Source: a virus (Duplodnaviria; Caudoviricetes). From it: a stretch of DNA of 64,000 nucleotides. Below the pieces are notes generated by a model, which worked only from the letters and a program-made list of their open reading frames with translations, made no database searches and was not told the origin of the DNA. Shown here piece after piece: positions 32,050 through 43,543 of this stretch (positions within the stretch are counted from its first letter, which is position 1; each line of letters starts with the position of its first letter). The DNA lies in the IMG/VR virus record IMGVR_UViG_3300042275_000518, positions 32,001 through 96,000 of that record; one strand, given 5' to 3'. The translations under genes were made by a program, and so were the position numbers.

Positions 32050-32468
32050 AAAATATCAAAGCCTCCTTAAAAATATTAAAATATTATTTATAAATCTTGT
32101 TGCAAAATATAAAATATGAAAATATAAATAACGCTCTAATATATTGTTCTTAGGCTTTTTAAATTTTTAATTTTAAAGGTTTAGGATATTATATATCCTC
32201 TTTGATTACTAAAACAGCCATGCTTATTCCTAACAAAGTTACTAATTCTAATGCTACTATTAGAACTACATGAACATACGTTTGTATTTCCTTAACAAAT
32301 GGTACCAAAATTCCAACACTAAGAAATAACATTATAAGCAATACACCTAACAATTTTCTATTTTCTTTTTGGAATATTGCTTCTAATACTCCTAGTATGA
32401 CTATTCCTACTGCAGACATTGCAAAAATTGTAATTAATATACTTTTTAAAATTTCCATTTTTATCTCC

Positions 32469-33512
32469 TTAATTTAACATATCCAACACTACATGAGATT
32501 GTAAATCTTCATTTAGTCTGAAAGGGTCAAATTTTAACCCTTCTTCTTCTAAAATATCTTTCAATCTACTGTATGTTGAAAGGAATTGTTTTCTCTTTTT
32601 GCCTTTATAGTGAGTTGTATTGAGATAATCGTACATAATATTTTGTGTTTTTTCTGAATCTTTTCTGAGCATATCTTTTAGAATCTTTGCAAATTCATAG
32701 TTAAATACTCTAAAAACTCTGTCTTTTGCTACTGGATCCGATTCAACTAAATCAAAGTTGTTAATCATCGGAGCCTTATCTTTTTTCTTCATTCTTCCAT
32801 CCTCTACAAAGAAACTTGATGTATCAATAGTTTTAATAATATCTCTGTATTTCTTATAGACTCTGCTATAGAAATTTCTATTGAATTCATTTTTGAAATA
32901 TCCAGTTGTATTATAGATAGAACGTATATATGATTCAAGAACAAATTTATTTATATTATTTTCTGTTTGTTTTTCATAATAGTTAAACACAGGAATGTAT
33001 TCATTCGAAACAGAACTTTCTATACTAACAATATATCTATCTTCATAATAATAACCTCTACTGCGCTCATTAGACGCTGCTACAAATTTTCCAAATACCA
33101 TTTCAGCTTTTTCCATGTTATTTTTTCTAGTAAAATAACTGTATAAAATCTGTGTTGATGTTATGTCTTTACAAGAAATTTCATCCGCTACTTCTTCTAC
33201 TTCTTCTTCCGTCCAATTATATAAATCAAACATTGTAACCTCTTCATCTCCTACAACATAGGTTAATCTGTAATTTATATCTCCTAAACTACCATCAAGT
33301 GGGATTTTATTTCCATAACCCAAATAGAAATTGTCAGATTCCTCAAAAGACTGTTTTAATTTCTTTATATTGTGGTCTCTTATAGCCTTTAATAAACTTG
33401 GAAGCGCTTCTGACCTTCCAAATATAAAGAAAGTTGTATTATCAATTTTCTTTGTTGCTTCATCAAATGCTTTTTTTAGTTCTTCTTTACTTTCATAGAT
33501 TTTTTCAATCAT
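32469..33512 (-). CDS. Hypothetical protein
   Basis: 347-aa ORF with RBS. Confidence 0.7.
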   Translation of the reverse strand: MIEKIYESKEELKKAFDEATKKIDNTTFFIFGRSEALPSLLKAIRDHNIKKLKQSFEESDNFYLGYGNKIPLDGSLGDINYRLTYVVGDEEVTMFDLYNWTEEEVEEVADEISCKDITSTQILYSYFTRKNNMEKAEMVFGKFVAASNERSRGYYYEDRYIVSIESSVSNEYIPVFNYYEKQTENNINKFVLESYIRSIYNTTGYFKNEFNRNFYSRVYKKYRDIIKTIDTSSFFVEDGRMKKKDKAPMINNFDLVESDPVAKDRVFRVFNYEFAKILKDMLRKDSEKTQNIMYDYLNTTHYKGKKRKQFLSTYSRLKDILEEEGLKFDPFRLNEDLQSHVVLDMLN

Positions 33513-33526
33513 TTCTATTCTCTCCC

Positions 33527-33934
33527 TTATTGTAATTTTAATAATAATTTAAATGAATCTTCGTCCATTTCGTTGTATTCCTTTAATAATTTGTACATTT
33601 CTGGTGTTATATAAAACCAAGCATCAAGTAGTTGATATTGTTGTGCTACAAAATATTCGTAATCTTCCCTAAATATAAATTTAAGAAAATTACGTATTTT
33701 TTTAGTCTCTTCATATATATCTAACATATCACCTTCGATTTCTGTTTCATAGAACGAAAAACCTATGCTTATTTCTTCTCCTGGTGGATCTGCAATATCT
33801 GAAGCGTCAATATCTATCAGTATGTCAGCCTTTTTGATTAAATCTGTTATTAAAATTTTACACTCAAACACAAGATTATCGGCTTCAATTCTATATAATT
33901 TCCTTTTTTCTTCTGCACTCTTAAATCTATCCAA
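33527..33934 (-). CDS. Hypothetical protein with C-terminal tag
   Basis: Ends MDEDSFKLLLKLQ. Confidence 0.75.
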   Translation of the reverse strand: MDRFKSAEEKRKLYRIEADNLVFECKILITDLIKKADILIDIDASDIADPPGEEISIGFSFYETEIEGDMLDIYEETKKIRNFLKFIFREDYEYFVAQQYQLLDAWFYITPEMYKLLKEYNEMDEDSFKLLLKLQ

Positions 33935-34274
33935 TGTTATTACCCCTTAATTTTATTAATAGTTTAATATCTTCTGTTAACTCATCTTGTTCAAGTACAA
34001 ATTTACATATTTCTTCAATTACTTGAGTATGACTTTCAAGAGGAGGTTGATATATTCTCATTCCAATGTTTGAAATAAATCTAGTTGTTCCAAAGCATAT
34101 GCCTTCTAATTGTTTAACCTTAATGAATGAAATCATTATATTAGAATTTTTTAAAACAACCTCTTCTATTGTGTCAAAAGATTCAAGAATAATTTTTTCT
34201 CTATCTTCTAAAGTATCTCTGCTGCCTGCTGTTATAATTACTTCAATAGTCTCCTTAGAATTATAAGGTATCAT
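33927..34274 (-). CDS. Hypothetical protein with C-terminal tag
   Basis: Ends LTEDIKLLIKLRG... Confidence 0.7.
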   Translation of the reverse strand: MIPYNSKETIEVIITAGSRDTLEDREKIILESFDTIEEVVLKNSNIMISFIKVKQLEGICFGTTRFISNIGMRIYQPPLESHTQVIEEICKFVLEQDELTEDIKLLIKLRGNNIG

Positions 34275-34297
34275 ATATTTTCTCCTCCTTTATAATA

Positions 34298-34687
34298 TTA
34301 TAGTAATTTTATTAATAATTCAAAACCTTCTAAATCGTGTGAATGTAGATCATATACTGCATCTAGCAAATAATCCATTTTTCGTTTTTGTGCCACCGGA
34401 TCTATAGTTGTAGTCATTACAAACATAATATTTCTGCTATCACTATTATTATCAAGTATTACAGTACCATAATTTTGAAGCATCTTAAATAATCTACTTT
34501 CTAATATTTTAAGTACCTCATTATAAGTAGTGCCATAAAACTCAAATAAAAATCCTGCAAAGCCATATACCATTATTGTTGGACATTCAATTCCATCAAG
34601 TTTCATAATATCTCTACAAAACTTCTTAAACTTTTTTAATTTTTTCTTTCTCAATTTTGAGTGTTCTTTATATTCGCTAAACAACAT
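34298..34687 (-). CDS. Hypothetical protein with C-terminal tag
   Basis: Ends DLEGFELLIKLL. Confidence 0.7.
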   Translation of the reverse strand: MLFSEYKEHSKLRKKKLKKFKKFCRDIMKLDGIECPTIMVYGFAGFLFEFYGTTYNEVLKILESRLFKMLQNYGTVILDNNSDSRNIMFVMTTTIDPVAQKRKMDYLLDAVYDLHSHDLEGFELLIKLL

Positions 34688-34797
34688 AATCTCCTCCTTA
34701 TTAATCTTCTCAATATCTCAAATTTATTATATATATTTATATGGAATTTTAGTACTGAACAATATTTTATATGAAACGTTTATAAGGAGGAGATATT

Positions 34798-36237
34798 ATG
34801 GCCAGTAAATTAAGAAGACAAAAAGATTTGATTAGAAGAAAAACTAGCGAGTATATCGATGCAACCACACAAGATTATGCTAAATATCTAGAAGGTAGTC
34901 CAACATATATTACATACTATAGATTAGACGATATTGCAACCAAACAAGACAGTTCATTAGAAAATGTTCATAGTCTTACAGGTCCAAATACACCTAATAA
35001 ATATCAAAAAATAAATGATGTTGTTATATATGGTGTTGATGCTATGGATATTAGCAATGAATTAAATGAAAAAGGTTTAGAAAGTATGGTTAGTGGTGAG
35101 TTCATCATGTTGCCAGATACTATTAAACCATATCCAGGTGACTTTTTCACATTTGATTATGAAGGAATTAGTGACCATCTCTTCCGCGTAGATGAAGTTC
35201 AATTTGACCGTGCAAGTCCTAGAAAATTCTATCGTCTATCATATGCGCTTTATCCAGACAATGCAGATGAAATTTTTGATAATGTTAGCGATGACTATGT
35301 TCTAAACTATGATGCTGTCGGTGGAAGTATTGCAACAATCGTTAAAAAGGCCAGTCAAGAAACTGCTGAACGTGCAAAAGATTTAGTCGATAGTTTAATT
35401 AATAAATTTGCCGAATTATTCTATGATGAAGACCTAGATGTTTTTGCATTGGAAACTATCAATCTATTCCCAGATGCAGAAAATCAAAAGCTTCATATAT
35501 GGTCACCATATCTTCAAAAATTCCTTCACGATAACAAAGTATTAGAAAAATATAATCGTGAAATTCTTGAAGAGTTCTATATTGTCGATATCAATGAGAG
35601 AAGTAATCCAGATTTCTTCAAAGATTTGGCTTATCGTCAAAGTTTATTTAGAAAAATTGAAACTCAAGATAGGACACTAACATTCCAAGATAGCCTAATG
35701 GGTGTTGTTATGGGTTATAATATGAATGAGATTAGAAATCTACCTTTCTTTCATACACAAGAAGATTACAGATTTGCAAGACCTCATGACGGAAATGAGT
35801 TCTATTTTGAAGCGTTCCATATTCTAAATCAAGAATATTACAATACTTTTGAAACTTTACCTGAAACTCATAAGTTCGTTGATTCCAGCGAATTAAATGC
35901 AAATGAAGCAAGTATTGCCGTAGGTGACGTTATATATCGTGTTAATGCAACAAGTAGAATCATTCCAGAAGATGTGTTCTTAGCAACAGACAGAACATAT
36001 TTTAGTATATCGTTCAACTCATTAATGCAGGACCTTACAGGTACAGATGCATATTTAGCTAATGAGGAATTATTTGCAATTGTTAGAAGTTATCTTAAAG
36101 ATGAAATAGTTCTAAATGATGACCTAATCATTCAACTAAACGATTTCTATTACGATATATCATTCAAAAACTATATCTTAGTTCCAATCGTTATATTCAT
36201 AATCAAGCAATTAATCAAAGATGCTTTTGAGAACTAA
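34798..36237 (+). CDS. Late gene, probable virion structural protein
   Basis: Late promoter at 34758-34769; + strand; the PYPGDFF segment recalls jumbo-phage structural proteins. Confidence 0.5.
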   Translation: MASKLRRQKDLIRRKTSEYIDATTQDYAKYLEGSPTYITYYRLDDIATKQDSSLENVHSLTGPNTPNKYQKINDVVIYGVDAMDISNELNEKGLESMVSGEFIMLPDTIKPYPGDFFTFDYEGISDHLFRVDEVQFDRASPRKFYRLSYALYPDNADEIFDNVSDDYVLNYDAVGGSIATIVKKASQETAERAKDLVDSLINKFAELFYDEDLDVFALETINLFPDAENQKLHIWSPYLQKFLHDNKVLEKYNREILEEFYIVDINERSNPDFFKDLAYRQSLFRKIETQDRTLTFQDSLMGVVMGYNMNEIRNLPFFHTQEDYRFARPHDGNEFYFEAFHILNQEYYNTFETLPETHKFVDSSELNANEASIAVGDVIYRVNATSRIIPEDVFLATDRTYFSISFNSLMQDLTGTDAYLANEELFAIVRSYLKDEIVLNDDLIIQLNDFYYDISFKNYILVPIVIFIIKQLIKDAFEN

Positions 36238-36313
36238 AAATTTAATATTTTAAATAATAAACAACATAATTTTATATAAATTGTTTTACACAAACAAGAG
36301 GAGGAAGAAAACT

Positions 36314-37024
36314 ATGCCAGATAACGGTTTTGTCAAAGTAAATATTCATAATGAAGGTCGTATTCCTTGGTTGAATATTCAAGGACCAAGATACAATATT
36401 AGTGTATCAGCAACGATCTACAGACTACTTAGAGAAGACGGAAGAGTAGTTGTTCACCCAGTTGATAATGACCCAGTAATGAGAGCAAAAGAAGCAGCTA
36501 AGAAAGAAGAGCAGGTTGTAGTTCAAGATGAAGTAGTTGTACAGGCTACTGTTGATGTTGAACCTGAAATAGTTGAGGAAGAGGTAGCTGAACCTGAAAT
36601 TCAAGAAGAAATTGTTGAAGAAGAAGTTTTAGATGAAGTTACTGAACCAGATGTTATTATTGAAGAAGAGGAAGAAGAAGTAGTTGAAGAAATTACTCCT
36701 GAACCTGAAATTCGAGAAGAACAACCAATTATGCAAATCTTAGAACCAGACGAAGAAGACTTAGCTATCGAACAAGCTCTAGAAGAACTTCCTGAAGAGG
36801 AAGAAGAAAATATCGTAATTACTGAAGAAGAATTAATTGAGGAAGCACAAGAAATTTCGAACTTTACTGTTTACACTGAAGATGAATTATTACAATTAAC
36901 AAAAGAACAACTAAAAGTTATTTTAAATGAAGACCGTGGATTCGAACCTGGAACTGAGTTCTATGGTAGATACCATGATAATCATGACGTTCTAGTTGAA
37001 AAAGTTTTAAATTCACAACAATAA
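36314..37024 (+). CDS. Highly acidic low-complexity late protein
   Basis: E/V/P-rich; RBS GAGGAGG; late promoter at 36263-36274. Confidence 0.7.
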   Translation: MPDNGFVKVNIHNEGRIPWLNIQGPRYNISVSATIYRLLREDGRVVVHPVDNDPVMRAKEAAKKEEQVVVQDEVVVQATVDVEPEIVEEEVAEPEIQEEIVEEEVLDEVTEPDVIIEEEEEEVVEEITPEPEIREEQPIMQILEPDEEDLAIEQALEELPEEEEENIVITEEELIEEAQEISNFTVYTEDELLQLTKEQLKVILNEDRGFEPGTEFYGRYHDNHDVLVEKVLNSQQ

Positions 37025-37073
37025 AAAAGATAATCGAAAGATTATCTTTTCTTTCCAAAAAAAAAATTTTTTT

Positions 37074-37183
37074 ATGACCTTGAAGGTGTCGGTCCGACCT
37101 TACAGTGATTTTTGCTCCCATCCAACGGGGTAACCAATTCTATAATATTTGGCTAGGGTTTCACTGCTCCCTATCTATTCACA
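37074..37183 (-). ncRNA. Candidate small RNA with two potential pseudoknots
   Basis: ORF-free and relatively GC-rich; lies between an early promoter (37187-37194) and a terminator (about 37022-37050). Confidence 0.45.
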
Positions 37184-37240
37184 TTTATAATATATATTTA
37201 TAGATAGTCCAAATACAAAAAAAAAAAGATAATCAAATGA

Positions 37241-37624
37241 TTATCTTTTATATTCCCAAATTTCTAATAAGCAGATTTTTCCAATAACTGTTTGATTAGT
37301 TCTTTTAAAGCCGTTCATAACAGCGAACTTTCTAATCTTTGGGTCATTTGGACTAACTGCCATGGTAACGTATTCTCGATTCTTTACAATCCTGAAAACA
37401 TGTGGAAGCAACTCCCTTGAATACTTTCTCATATCTTCTTGTATAAATAAACTCTTGAAATGCGTTCCATCTATTACGAAGAAACCAACCATTTCTCCCT
37501 TAAATATAATTGGTTTTAACTTTCCTTCTAGATTATATCTTAGTAGTTCCTTTATTGTCATGAACTTAGGGAACTGATGTGAATAATCTGTAATGAATTT
37601 ATCTTCTCTTGTTAGTAGTTGCAT
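37241..37624 (-). CDS. GNAT-like acetyltransferase
   Basis: GEMVGF...SLFIQEDMR...V...D....KF....GFKR. Confidence 0.55.
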   Translation of the reverse strand: MQLLTREDKFITDYSHQFPKFMTIKELLRYNLEGKLKPIIFKGEMVGFFVIDGTHFKSLFIQEDMRKYSRELLPHVFRIVKNREYVTMAVSPNDPKIRKFAVMNGFKRTNQTVIGKICLLEIWEYKR

Positions 37625-37823
37625 GTTCCCTCCTAAAATAACTTTTTGCGGATTAGAATAAAGTTCTTTATTATTATTCCACTAATGTCTGCTTTTTGCT
37701 TAGTTTCATCAATAAGAGCAACCACTTTATTGTAATTCTCAACGCTGTCCACTTTATACGGCACTGTAATAATAACATTTCCACTACCTTTTGTGTGGTC
37801 GTATGATACAAAATAAACATATT

Positions 37824-38369
37824 TCATATAGATTCCTCTCCCTCTTCAAATCTTAGCAATAACAATATTGCCGGATGATTAAAAATTTCCTTAGCGTCTT
37901 CTAATTCAATATTTTCTTCATCGATATATTCCTTAAAGTATTTCCAGTTTGTAGTTATGATATCTGCAAATTCATCAGTTATTTCTCTTTTAAATGTTGC
38001 TAATTGATAGATAAATGCACTAAATACATCTGGGTTTTTGAGTATTCTGGTTTTATAAGAAAGTATTAAATCTGTCGGTACACGTTGTGCCCACAATAAT
38101 CTTTCTAATCTGAAATAACTATTAAAAATTATTTTTCTATGTTTATACAACATTTTATCAGAAAATGTCTTCCCGCCAGTCATCATATGAGAAATAGCGT
38201 CTAACAAATATGGTTTGCCTCTATAATATGACATATCTTTATCTTTTCTTTTTAGAGTTCGCCAATGAGACTTCCATTCTTGATATTGTTTTTCTCTTGA
38301 ATCGTTATACTCTTTTGCTGATTTTAGACCTTTTTGGAAATCTTCTTCTGTTATTTCTTTACTGAACAT
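37824..38369 (-). CDS. Hypothetical protein with a weak C-terminal tag
   Basis: Ends HPAILLLLRFEE... Confidence 0.6.
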   Translation of the reverse strand: MFSKEITEEDFQKGLKSAKEYNDSREKQYQEWKSHWRTLKRKDKDMSYYRGKPYLLDAISHMMTGGKTFSDKMLYKHRKIIFNSYFRLERLLWAQRVPTDLILSYKTRILKNPDVFSAFIYQLATFKREITDEFADIITTNWKYFKEYIDEENIELEDAKEIFNHPAILLLLRFEEGEESI

Positions 38370-38810
38370 AGCGTATAAAACCTCCCTATTCTATTTTTTC
38401 TATTTGAATGTCTGTATAAGCATCTGGACTACCATAATCTTCTTTTGATGCTTTTTCTTTTAGCTCAAATAATTTCTCAATTGTCATTTCTCCTTCAACT
38501 TCAATTTCATCGCTATACTCAAAAGTTGTTGTACTACCAACAGGGTTTTCATCCCAGTCACAATCTTCTTCTTCATAATTGTATGAAAATGTTATTCTAT
38601 ATTTTGACATTATCAGAGTCCTCCTTATTTTCTCGTATTAGAACATTGTCTGCTTTAATTCCATACTCACTACAAAGTGCTTTAAGTTTGTCTTTAAACT
38701 CATTTGCTTTGTCACTATCTAAATCATATTTTCTCATTTTCTTAATTTTATTATCTTCCATAACAAATGATGCATGATATATATCTAGTGTCTTAAATAG
38801 TCTCTTCATA

Positions 38811-39254
38811 TTATTTCCTCCCTTTAAAATAAAGAGAATAGTTGTAGTTATTCTCTATTTTTTTGAAACCACTCTTGAAATTCTTCATTTCCATAAAAAT
38901 CACCATTCTTATTATTATAAGAATTGATATAATAATATTCATCAATATTATTTAAAATATCTAGACTATTAATATCAGATATTAATACAAAATCTTTTTT
39001 TCTAGAATAATGCATCTGTACATCATATGGTAAATCAAATTTGAAAAATAATAATTCCCCATCTATTCTAAATAAAAAGTGGTGTGTGAACTCACAACTA
39101 TATGCAAATACAAGTTCTACATCTGCTATAAGTGGTTCTATTATAGTATGAGTATACTGAATACTACTTCCATAAAACATCATAGGTTCTAACATCTGTA
39201 TTATCATTTCTGTTTTATTCATTTTATTTCCTCCCTTAAAAATAAAGAGAATAG
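38811..39254. repeat. 31-bp direct repeat (38811-38841, 39224-39254) flanking ORF 38848-39222
   Basis: TTATTTCCTCCCTT(T/A)AAAATAAAGAGAATAG, one mismatch; consists of a terminator 3' arm plus RBS. Confidence 0.8.
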
Positions 39255-39267
39255 CCGAAGCTATTCT

Positions 39268-39654
39268 CTATTTTCTTTTCTTTTCAATTTCTTCAATTAA
39301 CTCTTCCGTAGATGGAAGATCGAAATATTTTTCACCAATTCTGGTAAAATCAAAACTCATAATCGAATCTACAAGTGTTGGTCCTAAATCTGGTGTTGTT
39401 CCATCGCCTTCAGCTGCTGCTTCATTTTTAGATACCGGAAATAAATCGTCATAGTCGTATTCATTTAACAATTTTTGTTTAATGTGGTCATCAACTAAAA
39501 AGAATTTTCCAACTTGTGTATTCTTATCTAAGTTGTATGCACGAATAATTGATGGATACAATGAAGCAAAGTCTTCATCGAAGACGTTCTCAAACAAGAA
39601 GTTTGATTTTTTACCATTTAACATAATACCATTATCTGGTAAATTTTGATTTGG
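39268..39654 (-). CDS. Family B DNA polymerase subunit, exon 3
   Basis: Begins PNQNL after the terminal G; motif A DFASLYPSII. Confidence 0.9.
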   Translation of the reverse strand, partial: PNQNLPDNGIMLNGKKSNFLFENVFDEDFASLYPSIIRAYNLDKNTQVGKFFLVDDHIKQKLLNEYDYDDLFPVSKNEAAAEGDGTTPDLGPTLVDSIMSFDFTRIGEKYFDLPSTEELIEEIEKKRK

Positions 39655-40004
39655 CGTTTATCTTATTATCTTTCGATAATAAACTGACTATATCTTCAAT
39701 TTATAAAAAGTTATAAATTGCACTATACTTCGGGTGCTAACCCTACTCTACTCGCTTCTTCACTTAGGCTGTTCCCTAAGTTATGCTTTCGATAGTCGAT
39801 GAACGTTCCTCTTAATTGAGGCTTCGCTGCGGATTGTCCAATCTTTAACCTTTTTACCATCTCTAAGGCATTACCCTTCGATTAGCAGGTAGTTAAAGCT
39901 CTAAGGAGATCCCCGCAATTCATAGTGTTTATTTTAACGTTGCGAACCAAATCTTAGTCTATTTAATATAAGATATTATTCTATCTATCTTAAACAGTTT
40001 TTAA
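39655..40004 (-). mobile_element. Group I intron 2 of the DNA polymerase gene (350 nt, no ORF)
   Basis: P1 GUUGCGGAU/GUUCGCAAC; P10 GAUUUGG/CCAAAUC; core elements present; splicing restores GAFVAD-P. Confidence 0.92.
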
Positions 40005-40739
40005 ATCCGCAACGAACGCACCGAAATTTTCGTTAGTTTCAAATAAGTGCTTGTAAATCTGTTCATGTTCAATAAGCGTATTACTATTCATGAAGTTCTT
40101 TTCATAAAAGAAACTATCTTCACCATATTTGGCATTTTTATTATTATTCATAACAAATCCGTTATCTTGTGCAAACTTGTTAACGAAGTTCTTTAACGAT
40201 ACTGTCTTAGCGAATACTTTCTCTTTACGAGTATTTGTAATTTCAGAAAGACGTTGTACCATGTCCATATCCAAGTTTTTGTCTTCTAATAAATGTAGAA
40301 GAATAACGTCTTTAATATTATACTCACAGAACTTAGCAAAATTCGTCCAAGGTAAAGTCTTGATTGTTTCACCTGGTCCGAATTCTAATTTCTCTTTATC
40401 CAATTCTTCGTTTGCAATTGCATCAAGTGCATATGATTCTTTTTGACCCGAAACTTTCCTAATGTTAGCATAATAAAGCATCTGGTCACACCAGTTTATA
40501 CCATCTACAACCTGAAACTCATCAATACGATTTACGAATGATAAATGTTTCTTAGCACGGTAATATGCTTTTGGAGCAATATAAGCTGTTTGACCCTGGC
40601 TATCTTTCTGCACGGTATATTTAACATCTGACATAGTTGTAACCATCGCATCATATGAACTGCGCTCTTGGTCTTTTAATCGACCATAAAGTCTTTTTAA
40701 TCTATTTTGCAAGGTGATAACATCAAATGCTGCATTCCA
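40005..40739 (-). CDS. Family B DNA polymerase subunit, exon 2
   Basis: WNAAFD (ExoII), SYALDAIA, YNIKDV (ExoIII). Confidence 0.9.
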
Positions 40740-42036
40740 CTTTTATTACGTTTAATCGCTAATTAAACTCTATATATTTCTATATAGTTTAGACTATATC
40801 TTCACCTTTCAGTGCCTTATGTTTCGAATTCGCTTGAATTCTACTCTACTCACTTCTAGATATTTTTTGATAATATATTCCATCTTTTATTATCGTTACA
40901 TCTATGTTTTCGATAGTCGTTGAACTATTTATTAAAATTTCATCTAATATAAACTGTATATTTTCTTGTTCCCAATAAGGAATGATTACGAAAAATAAAT
41001 TATTTTCTAATGCGAACTTTTCTTTAAGTAAATCATTTTCAATTGTTTCATTTACTCTGTGATAATACTCATTAAGGTTATCTGCATTGTAGTGAAATTC
41101 TCCATTATACTCTATTCGAATTAATGGCTTATTCACTAAGAAATCAAATTCAAGATTTCATTTTCCTCTTGTCCCTTTTAATTCTTCTTCCTTATAATGA
41201 ATTTCATATTCAAAATTATTATCTTTTAAATACTCTTCTATAACTATTTCTGGTTTACTTTTTATACAATATGGACAAAGGTTTTTATTATAAAATAAAT
41301 TTCTTCCTCTTGTCAAGAATTCCTGTCCACATGATAAATGTTTAACTAATAAGTTTTTAGTATGAACATCTACATATTCATTCAAATTCAATAATTCATA
41401 ATCATTATATATTACATTTTCTAATTTTTTTGTTATATCATCTTTAGATAGTCTACAACGATTTCCGTTTTTTTCATGCCCACATTTAGGACAACCATTT
41501 CCTTGTTTTAATCTGTCTCATGATGTTAATCAAGACTCATGCATACAATCATTGTCATTTACTAAAATCTTAGTTTTTGATGTTATATCCACTTCATCAG
41601 AAATTATTATATATTTACCATGATATTTTCTATTAAGTTTTTCCTGTACTATATCTTTTGATAAGTTTTTTATACCTTCATTACAAACAGGACACTTTTG
41701 TACTCTTAGAAATGTATTCAAATTATTATAATTAAATTTCCATCCACACGAATGTTCCAGTATATTATCTGAACGTCCATTATATTGTATAAGTTTAAAT
41801 TCATTATTTGTTTCTTTTTTAATTCGTTCATATCAGTTTATTTTTTTAGACATAGGAATCACCTCTAATTATTTGTTCCTATATCAAATTCGAAATTTTA
41901 ACAATAGCTGCGGATTGCCCAATCTCTTGCCTTTTTACCATCTCTCCGACGTTACTCTTCGATTAACAGGTAGCTAAGAGCTCTAAGGGGTTTCCCGCAA
42001 TTAATAAGGTTTTAGTTGACCTGGAATACTCAGTTA
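40740..42036 (-). mobile_element. Group I intron 1 of the DNA polymerase gene (1297 nt), carrying a decayed homing endonuclease gene
   Basis: P1 UUGGCU/GGUCAA; P10 AUUCCA/UGGAAU; AAUUGCGGGAAA, AAUCCGCAG, UUCAACGACUA and AAGAUAUAGUC elements. Confidence 0.92.
40846..41853 (-). pseudogene. Frameshifted intron homing endonuclease (Zn-ribbon plus PD-(D/E)xK type)
   Basis: Fragments with CPVC, CPYC..SKPE and IEYNGEFHY...ND..KE in different frames; ATG at 41853 meets a stop after 6 codons; own late promoter at 41866-41877. Confidence 0.8.
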
Positions 42037-42846
42037 AGCCAACATAAAGTCTGGATCAAGTTCATGAACCTTCTCAAAGAAAGCCTCAATTGCTTCTAAT
42101 TCGTCATCATAGAAATAAAACTTCATATCATTCATCATTATTAGATCTTCTTCAAGAATCTTTTTAGAAAGATACGTTTCAAATTTGTCAATATTAATTT
42201 CAAAATCTGTTAGTGTTTTATTATCTTTATTTCTAACAACAAATGTGTGAGATACTTTTGCCTTTTCATCAAAAAGAGTAATGATATTTACTGGAACTGG
42301 CGCCATTTCCTCATCTGGGAAGCCCATGTATCCAATATTTCCTTTACTATCTTTCTTCCATCCGTTAGGCATCAGATCAACTTCGATATCATAATAACAT
42401 TTATGAAGTTTATATGCTTCATCTGGCTCAAACTCTTCATGGAATTTCGCAATATATCTGTCTGCAACGTCCATGTCAGTATCATACAGCCAATTGTGTT
42501 TAAATAGATTCTTCATTGTATAACTACCAGACCCCCAAGTTGTGAGAACTCTATCGTAATAATGAAGTGAATCTGTTTTGATTGCAATTTCTCGATACAA
42601 CAAATCTGAGAATGTTGTATTCTTAACCAATTTATCTCTCTCAATAAACATTGGCGGAGAAACTGCTGCTTCTGACTCTTTATCTTTAATTACATAGTAT
42701 GGCACTTCGGCACGGTCAACAAATCGTGTTCTTTTAACTCCATCTTTGTCTCTGTAAATTAATAATATTGAATCATACTGTGTCGTGTCATTAATATTTC
42801 GTTTACTCGAAATTACTTTAATCAATGTTCCAATTTTCTTTTCCAT
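42037..42846 (-). CDS. Family B DNA polymerase subunit, exon 1
   Basis: YYDIEV (ExoI), DPDFMLA; spliced product about 643 aa. Confidence 0.9.
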
Positions 42847-43543
42847 CGTGTCAACTCCTTAAATTCTTGTTGTGTAGAAATTGGAATTTTAAAATTTCTT
42901 TTTTCTAGTTTATATTTATTGTTTTAATTATTCTCTTTCAAGCTCATCTACTACATATTCAATTTCACTTGGTTTATATCCATTTCTAGTTACCAATAGT
43001 TCTTCATGCCAACTTCTAAGTTGTGAGATTCTTGCATCAACCATATCTGGTCTTCCACAGAAGCTCTTGTTTATTAGTTTGCCACCTGCATATAGTATAA
43101 CTACATGTGTATAATCTCTGTAAGATTTTCTTGTAATCTCAGGGTGTTTTTTACCCTTATATTTGTATATTTTCATATTATTTCCACTCTACCCAGTCTG
43201 GATGTATAAGATGTGCGTCCTCAATTTCAGAAAAATCATTCCAAATAGGAACTGCAAATACACTATCGACATTCCATTCATCTAAGATATGGATTTTATC
43301 ACTAGTTATAGAGTATTTATTAAATACATCTCTTATATAATAATATCTATTAAGAGGCTCGCCTTCGATTTTATCTAAGAAATCATTATTGAAATAATTC
43401 AATAAACCCTCTTCTTCCATATTATTATCTAGCATCCATTGAGCGTATTTACCTCTGTCAAAATACGGTAATCTTTCGTCTAACATTTGTCTCATCCTGC
43501 CTATTCTTGATGTAAAATAAAGAAGGTATATTTCTATACCTTC

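Noticed and set aside
36918-37121. 67-aa minus-strand ORF
   Set aside because: It crosses a terminator and overlaps a + strand gene in antisense, so a non-coding reading is preferred.
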